A DNA stretch of 63,800 nt, filler included, from Reclinomonas americana ATCC 50394 (Eukaryota), in the NCBI GenBank assembly GCA_048213135.1. It is 18 parts of 18 records of this genome, joined end to end, with 100 filler letters (N's around TTAATTAATTAA, not from the genome) between each part and the next. Parts side by side here need not be neighbours in the genome. Positions count along the whole stretch, not along the records: positions 52,508 to 59,105 come from AFZH01018030.1; positions 59,206 to 62,485 come from AFZH01018031.1; positions 62,586 to 63,800 come from AFZH01018033.1; 15 more parts are not named here. One strand, written 5' to 3'. Positions 53,192 to 63,800 of this stretch are shown here, one piece after another; positions within the stretch are counted from its first letter, which is position 1, and every line of letters begins with the position of its first letter. Below the pieces are notes generated by a model, which saw only the letters and a program-made list of their open reading frames with translations, did not search any database and was not told the origin of the DNA. A program made the translations under genes and the position numbers.

Positions 53192-56100
53192 TCACTCATC
53201 TGCATCGTCATCCTCCTCCTCCTCGTCGTCCTCATCCTCATCATCATCCTCCTCCTCACTCTCCGCCTCCTTTAGCCACTCGACAAACTTCTTGGCCTGC
53301 ACACAACTGTGTGAGCAGCAAAGTCTCACAACAGCAAAACTGTATAAGAAAAAAACACCTTGGCCAAGTACACCGCCGCCTTGTCATCCTCCGTGGTCTC
53401 CACTCGATGCGCCCAGTCGAGAATCGACTCCTCCGAGCAAATGTCGCTATCATAGAGCTGCTTGACGATAAAGGCAAACATTTGGTTGCTCATCTTGGCG
53501 CCCTCGCTCACGTCGTTGCCCATTTCGCCGCTGCAGTATTCCTGCTCGATGAATGAGGAGAAGTTTAGCAGACGAGGCAAGGAGAATGCATTTTGCAGTT
53601 GACAGTCAACACGCTCACTGCTCCTCTTACAAAACCACTCACTCTCAGTCTCTCTCTCCCAGACGCTCTGATTTCTCTCAGTCTCTCTCGTTCTCAGTGT
53701 TTCTTAGTCTATCAATCTCAATCTCTTTCTCTTATCTCATCCTCAGTCTTTCACTGTCCCTCTCTGACTGTCTCTCTCTCTCTCTCTCGTCTCTCATCTT
53801 CATTCAGTCTCTATCCTTTTCTCAGTCTTTCACTGTCCCCCTCCTCTCTCTTTCTCGTCTCTCATCTTCACTCAGTCTCTCTCTCTTTCTCAGTCTTTTA
53901 CTTTCCTTCTCTGGCTGTCTCTCTCTCTCTCTCTCCCTCTCTCTCTGCTTCCTCCCTCGCCCTCCGCACACACCATGAGATTGTACAGCAGCTCCACCTG
54001 ATCGGCGGCCTCGCGACCACGTTTCATGTACTTGGGCACCAGCGGGCCCCACTTGTCAAACACCTTCTTGAGAATGCCGCCAAACACCGCCGCATTGATT
54101 GTCGTACCACCCTCCTTCTCCGTGTACAGGTGCACGACGGTGTTGAGCAGGCCAGAGACAAGTGCCTGACAGACTGCGTGGTGTGGAAGGAGGAAGAGGA
54201 GGCAGAGTGAGAAAACGGCACCCCCATCCTTCTCCCTCTCTCTCCCCACGCACCAAGATGATCCACTTGCATCTGAGTGGATTTCTGAATGTCGCTGTAG
54301 TGGGCGAACTTGACGCCGTTCAGTTCGTGCACCACATCCGAGAAGTTGAGATTCTCACACACGGCGCGGCGCACAGTCTCCTGGATCTCGCGCACAAAGA
54401 CTACACACGTGCACCACAAAAGGAGCAGCGAGTTAGACACAATGACATCGCTCCCTCTTCTCTCTGCCCCTCTCTCCCTCCCCCTCCCTCTCCCTTCCTC
54501 CCACCACGCAACAATCACAACTGTCGCGCGTATCCATGGCCGGCTCTGATGACGTTTCCGAATCGGTGGCAATCTCACCACCGGCCGTCCAGTCCAACGC
54601 ACACGCCAGCTCATCCTCGCACCCTATTATTTGCACAACACTCAATCAATGCCTGCCTTGGGCATGCTTTCGCACGCGGAACACACACTCACCAATGCAC
54701 GATCCTGGCAACGGCGCGACAAAGTACTTTTGCCGCTGCGGCGGCCTCCCCGGCGGCGTCACCATCACCTCGTGCAGCGCTGATGTGGGAGCGCCATGTG
54801 AGATCTGCATTCCACCTCTCACTATTTGGGGTTGCACGCAACGCTGCACTTCGGCCACCACGTACTCGCTGTCGTCGCTCGTAATGCTGGTCATCGACAT
54901 GGAGTGAGGCAATGCGCCCGCGCCGGCCTCGGGTATGACGACGACGCGTGTGCCGCGGACGAGGCGCTCACCAGGCGGCACGTACACCTGCGACGCGGGA
55001 ATACAGGAATGGGGTGAGCAACAGGCGACGCAAAGGAGTGTTTCTTTCAGTTTTTGTTGGCAAAGAAAGGATTAAGAGATGATCACAGAAGGGTCGCATC
55101 CAGCACCTGTCTCTGGCTTGGCTCGGCAAGCAGGAGTGGAAAGAGAGCCTACCTAAGAAGCGTCTCGTACAAATCTCCGTCTCTGCCCTTGGACTATCGA
55201 AAGAAGGGAGGAGGACAGAGCGAGGATGGCACAAAAGAGTGCTTTTTTCAATACTCTGTTGTTGGCAAAGAGAGAATCAAGAGATGATCACAGAAGGGTC
55301 GCTTTCAAATCGCCGTCTCTGGCTCGGCTCGGCGAGAAGAATTGCAAAGACTGAGTGACTTATGAACTAGGAGAGTGCGTATTTAAATTCTCAGTCTCTG
55401 GGCTTGCAAACAGAGAACAAGGCTGATAGAAAGAGTGTCGCAACTGTGCTTAACTCGAAGAGAAGAAGAGAAAAGAGAGCCTCACGACGCAGCGCCTCAT
55501 TCAAATCTCCGTCTCTGCCAACGAAAGAAGGAGCAGGACAGAGAGACGATGGCACAAAAGAGTGCTTCTTTCAAAACTCTATTGTTGGCAGAAGAGAAGA
55601 ATGGATCAAGAGATAATGAAAGAAGGGTCGCTTTCAAATCTCCGTCTCTTCCCTTGGAGTAAAGAAGGGAACAAGAGCAAGTGACGATGGTACGAAAAGA
55701 GTGCTTCTTCTTACTCTCCGGCTATGCGTGCGATCACAAGAGGCGAGAGGCGACGAGAACACGGACGACGGATTTCGATGTTCCACCATCATACACACGA
55801 AACGGAATGACAGAGACAGAGAGACAGTGACGTACATGCACACACATACACACATACAGAGAGAGAGAGAGAGAGCGACAAGCATTATTTTCACCAAAAC
55901 ACCCTCTCCATTCAGCCAACTCACCCGCCTCCCCAGCATGACTCCATTCTCGAGCACCGCACCGGCACCAATCACCGATCCACTCGCCACAATGGCATCG
56001 TGAATCACGGCTCCGTCGCCCACCTCCACGCGGTCCCACAAGTACGCATTGGTGATGCGCACATTCTTGCCTGCAATCACCGCACACATCAGCTTTTCCG

Positions 56101-58870
56101 CACCTGCACACCACATTTTACAGCCTACTCACCAATGTGACACCGCCGGCCGACCACGCAGCCCTCCAGCTGACTCCAGTCACCCACCACAGATTCGCGG
56201 CCAATGGCACAGTGCCGCACCAGGCGGCTGGTGCGTGCGAGAACGACGCCTGGTTCGCGGAAGATGCATCCGCGCGAAAAGGAAAACTTGGTCACTCGGA
56301 CAATGTTGTTCTCCGGCGAGAACCCGGGCACCCAGTGCCGCATGAGGTCCTGACTGACGGCGTGATACAGCGGCACACTCTTGACGCGACTGGCGTAGCC
56401 GTCGGCCGTAAAGTACGCGTGCAATCGATTACCGTGCACATCGTCGTTCAGAGTGATCTGCGCAACGCTTATCAGCAGCCGCCCTTCCCACTTCTTCTCT
56501 CTCCCACAAACCTTGACGAAATGCTGCCGAATATCCTGATAGTCAAAGTTCTCGCTGAATTCTTGCAACACCTCCGGACTGCAAATGTCGATCTGGCAGT
56601 CGACCACGTCGGAGCGCACCTCCAGCTCCGGGTGCTCCTTGAACAGGGAGGCCCACAGCTTGAGCTGACGCCGCTTGTCCACCGGCTCGTCGGCCGCCGC
56701 CCCGGCCTCCGGCTGCCACATGTTGTCGTAGCGCAGCAGCTGATGGGTGCGCGGATCCACGACCACAGTCACGTCGTCCTCGCCGTAGCGACGGCGGCGT
56801 GCGTCGCCCGAGTTCTTAAAGACGAGGGTCATGAGGCTGCCGGCTTCCTCGGCGTGCCGTTCTCTGAGCAGAGGGGTGGGATGAGAGAGGAAGTAAAAGA
56901 GGAAGAGTTGAAGACGACGCACTTGTGCTTTTGCACTGCCGCCTTGAGGTCAATGTCGGCCACCAGGTCGCTGTGCACCAGCACAAATGTGGAGTTGATG
57001 GTGGCGTTGACGGCGAGGGCGCGCAGAGCGTCGCCGGCGCTGAGCGATTCTTGTGTCTTGACGACTTGGAAGGTGAGGCCGCGGTAGCGCACTCGCCAGC
57101 TGCCGGAGCTGTGGGTAGAGAAGGGGAAGGGGGAGTTAGGAAAAGGGGGAGGGGGAAGGGGAGAAAAGGGGAAAGGGGGGAGGAAGAGGAGAAGGGGGGA
57201 GAGGGAAGAGGGACGAGGAGAAGAGGGGAGAGGAGAGAGGGAAGAGGCAGAGGCAGGAACTGTGAGTGGGAGGGAGAGGGAGAGGGAGAGGATGAGGGAG
57301 AAAAGGAGAGGGAGAGGGAGATGGAGATGGAGATTGAGATGGAGTGGGAGAGGGAGACGGAGAGGGAGGGGAAAGGGGGGAGCGGAGAGAGGGAAGTGGA
57401 GAAGAAGGGAGAAGAGAGAGGGACATAGGGAGAGAGAGACAGAGCGAAGGATGGAGGGAGAGGGGTGCAGGGAAAAGGGAGAGGAAGCAACGGCTGAGGA
57501 AGCCAAAGGAAGAACACGGAGAAGGGAGGCGAAGGGAAAGGTAGCGGAAGGAAATGTGAGAGAGTGAGTGGGAGTCATAGGGGAGGTGAGAGAGAGGAGG
57601 GAACGCGAAAGCTGGAGGACAGAGTACGCTGGCGAGAATAGACGGCTAAAAGAGTGCATAAAGAAACGGAGATCTGGCAGCATCCATAAACAGTGCGTGC
57701 GTGTGTGAGGGAGAGAGGGAGATCGAAGCTTGATTGGCACGAAAAGGGAAGGATAGTGACCCACTCATTCGCAGAAAGGGATGGAGACGAGCGGCAGTAC
57801 GACATGGTCACACAACGCAACAGAATATGCCGCTCAATCTCGTCGGCAAACGCGCAGGCCACCACGATAATCTCATTCACGCCTTGCGCAGCCAAAAACT
57901 CGATTGTGTAATCGATGAGCGGAACGCCGACGAGCGGAATCAGAGCCTGTGACAATGAGAAGGGAACTGTAATGAGGATGGATGACGATGCTGGAGAGAA
58001 CAAGCTTGTCAAAGGAAAAGGAGAACGACAGTATGCACGCTGCAGTTTGTGCCGCAGCGTGCCTCTCTCTTGCTGATTGCTCTCTCACAACAACGAAACG
58101 AGTGTGTCTTCACTCAACAACAAACGAACCAGCAGTGAGATGCTTGAATGAGTTCTGCTGTGCATCTCTCGCGATGCTCAGCGCTTTCACGCAACAACAT
58201 GCAAGTCTTCTCTTGAGATTGAAAGAGTGAGAGAGAGATTCAGATAGTGGGCATGCAAGAAAGGATCCGCTGCGTGCCTCTCTCCCCGACAGTGCTTGCC
58301 CACGGCAACATCATTGCCTTTCTCAACAACAAGGTGCACGAGAGAGAGAAAGAGGACCTGTGCATTGCTGCGTCTCTCCTGTTTATCGCTTTCTCACAAC
58401 AGCGACACGGTCGTTCTCGAGAAGCAATCGTCGAACAAGCAGGCGAAAAGAGCGTCTCTTTCTGTCTCGTTGTTTGCCCACAACAACGTCGCTACCTCTC
58501 TCAACAGCAAGGGCACGAGGGAAAGAGAGGACCTGTACGTTGCTGCGTCTCTCTCGAGAAGCAATCGTCGAACAAGCAAGCGAGAACGGCGTGACTTTCT
58601 TCTATTCTCATTGCTTTCCACAGCAGCATCACTATGTTTCTCGACAACAAGGGCACGAAGGAGAGAGAGGAAGGACCTCTGCATTGCCGCGTCACGCTCG
58701 CTTTCTCACAACAGCGACACGGTCGTTCTCGAGAAGCAATCGTCGAACAAGCAGGCAAGAAGAGGCATGTGCTTCTCTGTGCTTCTCTCTCCCTCATTGC
58801 TTGCCACAACGCCAGCACTACCCTGTTCAACAGAAAGGGCACGGGAAAGAGAGGTCCTGTGCATCGCTGC

Positions 58871-58921
<51 letters not shown>

Positions 58922-59098
58922 CTCTCACGCAACTCTCGGCGTCTCCAGTGTAATGGGCCGGAAGCGCCTATCAAACGAGTCGGCCAGCACCACCGCCGTG
59001 AGAATCTCCGCAGCCTCCACACTGCCTCCACCACTGCCACTGCCACTGCTTCCACCACTCGCACTTCCACCGCCGCGTTTGTGCGTCTTGCTGCTCAT
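53192..59098 (-). CDS. EIF2B5: Translation initiation factor eIF2B epsilon subunit, multi-exon
   Basis: LTAVVLADSFDRRFRPITLETPR/ALIPLVGVPLIDYTIEFL, SAGDALR, DCQIDICSPEVLQEFSENFDYQDIR, hexapeptide repeats (NAYLWDRVEVGDGAVIHDAIV), ELNGVKFA, W2 domain LYDSDICSEESILDW and FVEWLKEAESEEE with an acidic tail. Confidence 0.95.
55030..55715. repeat. Diverged tandem duplications in an eIF2B epsilon intron
   Basis: CAAAAGAGTGCTT...TTGTTGGCA...AAGAGAT..T..AGAAGGGTCGC at ~55030, 55230 and 55553. Confidence 0.8.
58318..58880. repeat. Diverged tandem duplications in eIF2B epsilon intron 1
   Basis: TCTCGAGAAGCAATCGTCGAACAAGCA occurs three times and CAACAxxAAGGGCACG...AGAGGACCT four times. Confidence 0.85.
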
Positions 59099-59575
59099 AT
59101 CTGTANNNNNNNNNNNNNNNNNNNNNNNNNNNNNNNNNNNNNNNNNNNNTTAATTAATTAANNNNNNNNNNNNNNNNNNNNNNNNNNNNNNNNNNNNNNN
59201 NNNNNGAGAGAGGGAAAGGGAAGGAGAGAGAGAGAGAGGGAGGTGAAAATGCGAAATGTGAGTCGTGGTTGTGGGTGGGAGCAGAGTGATAACACGATGT
59301 GTGTGTGTGTGTGTGAGAGAGAGAGTATGTGTGTGTGCAAGTGTGTGCGAGTGTGTGCAAGAGTGTGCAAGTGTGTGAAAGTGTGTGCAAGTGTGCGTGT
59401 GCAACTATGTTGTTGAGCATGCATAACCATTCACTTCCTTCCTCTCACTCTCTCTCTCTCTCTCTTTCACACTCTCTCTCACACTCAGTCACTCACTCAC
59501 GCTCACCTGTCGTGCGTAACAAAAAGTGTATGAGTAATGAAATTTGCTCCCACTTACTCACTCACTCATTCCTTC

Positions 59576-60245
59576 ATGAGCAAGCGCGCATCACACCGAA
59601 GAGACGAGGAGGAAGAAGAAGAGGAGACAGAAGAGGAAGAGCCGAGCAACTGGCCATTGTTGTATCAAAGGAAGAAAGCAGCACAAAGTCCATGCACGCT
59701 CACTTACTCACTCTCTCACTCACTCATGCACTCACTCACACACCCACACACACACTCACTCACTCACCCTCACACAAAGCACACTCACTCACCTCTTCTC
59801 CACAAACAATGGAAAGACTCGTGAAAATTTACTCTCCATTATCCACACTCTCTAACAATCATGAGCAACCGCAGACGAAGAGACGAGGAGGAGACAGAAG
59901 AGGAGACAGAAGAGGAAGAGCCGAGCTTTGTTGAGCAGCTGGCCAGTGTTGTATCAAAGGAAGAAAGCAGCGCAAAGTCCATGCACGCTCACTCACTCAC
60001 TCTCTCACTCACCCACACACCCACGCACACACTCACTCACTCACTCACCCTCACACAAAACACACTCACTCGACAGTCGCCTCTCTTCTCCACAAACAAT
60101 GCAAAGACTCGTGAAAATTTACTCTCCATTATATCACACTCTCTACTCTTTCCAATCATGAGCAACCGCAGACGAAGAGAGGAAGAAGAGGAGACAGAAG
60201 AGGAAGAGGAGGAAGAGCCGAGCTTTGCTGAGCAACTGGCGATGC
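59576..60245. repeat. Three ~285-297-bp tandem units, each containing the RRP36 start region
   Basis: CATGAGCAA...CGAAGAGA..GAGGAGACAGAAGAGGAAGAG..CCGAGC with ATG at 59576, 59861 and 60158. Confidence 0.9.
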
Positions 60246-61436
60246 GAAAGAGCAGTGTGAATGGTGTCGCGCGATCGCGGAGAGAAGAAAAGGTGGCGGA
60301 TGATGATGATGAGGATGAGGATGATGATGTGGAGGAGGAGGAGAAGGATGGTGGCGAGGAAGGCCGTAAGGAGGATGCGAAGAAGAAGAAGCGGAATAAG
60401 AAGGCGTGAGTGTGAAGGAGAAGGGAGGGAGGAAGTAGACTCACTCTCTCTCTCTCACTCACACACTCACTCACTCACTCACTCACACACACACTCACTC
60501 ACTCACTCACACACACACTCACTCACTCACACACACACACACTCACTCACTCCTCACTCACTCACTCACTCACTCACTCACTCACTCACTCCCTCACCCA
60601 CACTCATTCCCTTCTTCCTTTTCTCACTCTCCCTCCCCTCTTCGTCCCCTCTCCTCACTCCCCTTCTCCTCATTCCTCCGCAGTCCCAAGGAAATGCCCT
60701 CCAACCGCCCCGTCGGCAAGATCAATCGCCACCTCTTTGACAAGCCACTCACCAAGGTCCTCCCTCCCGCCCTCCCTCCCTCCAGCGCCCCTCTCCCCCA
60801 TCTCATTGACGTTTTCCCTCACACAGAAAGCACGCGATCCACGCTTTGACGAACTGCACGGCAAGTACGACCCGCACACCTTTCGCCGATACTACGGCTT
60901 CCTGCGCGGTGCGTCGATCTTCTCCTTTTGCTGCTTGTTCTGTGCCACTGACACCGCTCCATACTACAGAGGAGCGCGACAGGGAGATTACGCGGCTGCA
61001 GACGGAGCTGAAGAAGAGCAAGCTGGCGGGGCCGGGCAAGCGACTGTCGGAGCCCGAGCAGCGGGCGATGCAGGCGGAGCTGTCGCGGCTAATGTCGCGC
61101 AAGAAGCACGATGAGCGGGAGGAGCGTGCGCAGGCGCTCAAGTCGGCCTGGCGCAAGGAGGAGATTGCCAAGGTCGCCGCCGGCGTCAAGAAGCCGTTCT
61201 TCCCGAAGAACAGTTGCGACTCAACGCGACACGATGGTTTGCTATCGTGTTTTTGCTCACTGTTTGTGGTATTATTAGGTCAACTGTTCATGGCCGAGCA
61301 AGTGGAGAAATTCAAGCAGCTCAAGGCCGCCGGCTCGCACCGCGTCGACGCGGAGATTGCGAAGCGGCGGAAACGTGCCGCCGCGCAGGATCACGTGTAT
61401 GTACCGCGCAAGCGCAGACGCATCGACGACGAGTAG
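60158..61436 (+). CDS. RRP36: rRNA biogenesis protein RRP36 (DUF947 family); in-frame upstream ATG at 59861
   Basis: KKRNKKA/PKEMPSNRPV, ARDPRFDELHG, FRRYYGFL, KKPFFPKNS, EKFKQLK, IAKRRKRAAAQDH after four GT-AG introns. Confidence 0.88.
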
Positions 61437-61527
61437 CCGCAATAGAATGACAATGAGGGAGGGAGATGGATCATTTGGTCAAGGGTTTTTAGAAAATGAA
61501 GAGGATGAACCCCATAGAGAAACATGC

Positions 61528-61748
61528 TCAGAGGTCGTCGGAAAAGTCGGCGACGGAGGACTTGGGCGGGCGCATGCCGACGACAATCGAGGAGAATTCC
61601 TTGACCTGGGGCGAGGGGGAGAGATGAGGGAAAGGGGATGGAAGGGGAAAGCGAGGAGAGAGGGAAGAGAGGGAGGTGAGTGAGGAGTGAAGAAGAGAGG
61701 GCGACTCTGTGTCTTCCGTTGTAAGAGCGTCTCTCTCACTGTCAGTTT

Positions 61749-61793
<45 letters not shown>

Positions 61794-62485
61794 CCAGCTC
61801 TCTCCGTTCCCTACGTCTTTTCCTGTGTTCCTCCCTCCCCCTTCCCCCTTTCCTTCCCCTCCCCTCCCTCCCCCTTCGCTCCCCCTCTCACACCTTCCAG
61901 TATCCCTTCGGATTGCGGAAGAGCTGAATCGGGCGAGGCATGTCGGCTCCACTGCTGCGCGTAAACACCTTGTACTTGCCCTCGGCCTCGGTGCCCACAC
62001 TGCACGTGCGCGCAATTTTTAGAGATCTAGAAGCAGAGAGCGTCACAAACGCACGAGCGTGACATCGACACGCAACTACTTGGTCTGGTTCTTGAAGATG
62101 AACTCGACGGCTGAAGGATCCGGAATGGTGTAGTCGTTGGCGGGCGAGCTGCCCTTGGCGTGCGAACCTGCATTCGCCGCGGTCACGAAAAAGTCCACAA
62201 CAGGGAGCTGCTGCTGCTTTCTCAACGCAACGAGCCAAGTAGGGATGCTCATCGGTGCGCGCAATGAGGTCGGCCGCCGCCCGGAAGATCGAGTAGTCCT
62301 GCGTGCCACGTGAGAGACATGACAAAGAGACGAAGAGAATGCAAGACTTGCCGACCTTGTACAGCGGATGCGGACCGCCCTTCACCAGCAGCGACTCGTC
62401 GAGCGACAACACCAGCATCTCATCGCCCACAGCGCGGTTCTCACCACGCTGCATGAGCGCGAACAAGACTGCAAGGCGAACACTT
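61528..62485 (-). CDS. Uncharacterised protein resembling a bacterial DUF family (DUF6935-like, from memory); 5' end in gap
   Basis: Spliced product ...HPYLARSHAKGSSPANDYTIPDP...NQTKYVGTEAEGKYKVFTRSSGADMPRPIQLFRNPKGYWKVKEFSSIVVGMRPP...DDL*, with four introns visible. Confidence 0.6.
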
Positions 62486-62585
62486 NNNNNNNNNNNNNNN
62501 NNNNNNNNNNNNNNNNNNNNNNNNNNNNNTTAATTAATTAANNNNNNNNNNNNNNNNNNNNNNNNNNNNNNNNNNNNNNNNNNNN

Positions 62586-63754
62586 GCGCGACAACCAGCA
62601 CGATGCCTTTGAGCGGAGCCAGCGGTAGCAGCCCGGGGATGCAGAGGTACACCAGGCACGTGGTCAGCACCTGAGCAACGACCAAGAAAACCAAGTGGCG
62701 CAGCGAGCGCTGCCCAGGAAGTTTGCTGTTCGCCGCCAACAGCGCCGTTGACTCGCGATCAGCAAGCTCTGGCGGCTCTCCACCCTCCATTAGTCGGCGA
62801 ATGCGAGCGTTGAAGCAAAAGTGCCAGATCGCCACAAGGACGCAGGCCCACAGTCCGGCGATGATTGCAAAGTACACGGGAAGGTCGAAGCGATAGGTGA
62901 TGTCTGTGAACAGTATGAGGCTCCATGAGGGAGAAAGGGGGGGAGGGAGAGAAGAGGAAGAGCACCTCGAACATTGTCGTTGTGCACGGTGGGCGTCTGC
63001 ACCAAGGCCAGCAGACTCTGCGCGAGAACACATTGAGCCTTCGGTCGCGATCAACTACTTCGACGGCGAACCGCACCGTGCAGATCCCACAAAGCGCTGC
63101 ACACAGGGAAGAAGCTTGCTGAGCACGGCAACGGGGCGACGGACAGCGCACGACAAGCTCACCCATGCCGGTGGAGAGACTGACGGTCAGGCTGCGCGAG
63201 TGAAACCGGGAAATGAAGGGAAACAGCAGCAGCAAGCTGCCGGAATAGAGTATCCCCTGGAAGAACGCGAACACGAGCACAGCCACACTATACAGCGCAG
63301 TGCAGTCAGCCACAGAATAGCCAGTGACCATTGCACCCCCTAAGCTCCGACCTGTGCTCTTCACCAAACAGTGTGACAGTGGCACGCCACGTGAAGACGA
63401 ATACGGGTAGTGTCACCGTGCCGAGAATGCCCAGGCCAACCAGCAGCATTCTGGTGCGACGGAGTGTGGACGACTGAGCAGTATGCACCTCCTTCTTGCG
63501 CCCGCACGTGAAGAACCACTGCATGCAACCATGAGTGAGTGTAAGAAAGGACAACACAGGAGACAGCATTGCTTGTACTCACCACTGCCCCAACAAGCAC
63601 AACCAACGCAGTGCCAGTTTGACTGGCCGCACTAATGTATGCACCCATGGTCCCTGTGCATCCACCAACAGAGGTCAGCACGGGCGGGTCACACAGACAG
63701 ACACACCAATCAACGCAGCTTCCTTCAGGCAACGCAGCAATCAACAGTGGCTCC
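62586..63754 (-). CDS. Polytopic membrane protein, SLC52 (riboflavin transporter)-like, partial at both ends
   Basis: EPLLIAALPEG-RTMGAYI, YSVAVLVFAFFQG..GSLLLLFPFISRF, SLSTGMG, YRFDLPVYFAIIAGLWACVLVAI and LVYLCIPGLLP appear in the order of the SLC52 blocks LPEGW.L.SY, HSVA...LPF, GEG, RFS..VFF and GVLP. Confidence 0.55.
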
Positions 63755-63800
63755 TGCGAGACACCATCAGTGAGAGACACACTCGTGCATACACAGACGG

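Noticed and set aside
62074..62079. Alternative genetic code or stop readthrough
   Set aside because: Apparent internal stops disappear on splicing, and genes end in TAA, TAG and TGA normally.

Overview
Scaffolded fragment of an intron-rich microbial eukaryote genome; the taxon cannot be fixed from this sequence. Seventeen artificial 100-nt linkers (44 N + TTAATTAATTAA + 44 N) break it up, but several genes continue across them in order. By manual splicing I recover about 15 genes: two tandem BTB-BACK-TLDc paralogs, arsenite methyltransferase (3' part), a WD40/coiled-coil/non-RD Pelle-type kinase fusion, a LolD/MacB-like ABC ATPase, QDPR, an F-box/LRR protein, SMC2, a His-rich CDF zinc transporter, a GT31 glycosyltransferase, GET3/ASNA1, eIF2B epsilon, RRP36, a bacterial-looking DUF-type protein and an SLC52-like transporter. 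There are also two weak orphan genes, a decayed R2/NeSL-like non-LTR retrotransposon and many intronic microsatellites and local duplications. The most striking signal is a second class of 5' splice site, GTTGCG (plus one probable GCTGCG). It appears at 24 or more introns, lacks the near-universal +5 G, looks like the local GTGCG donor shifted by one base, and almost always follows a non-G exon base. Other highlights are the immune-receptor-like kinase fusion, tandem duplications that copy promoter plus start codon at two unrelated genes, and a structured 101-bp direct repeat next to the retroelement. All gene models are by-eye reconstructions without transcript or database support.
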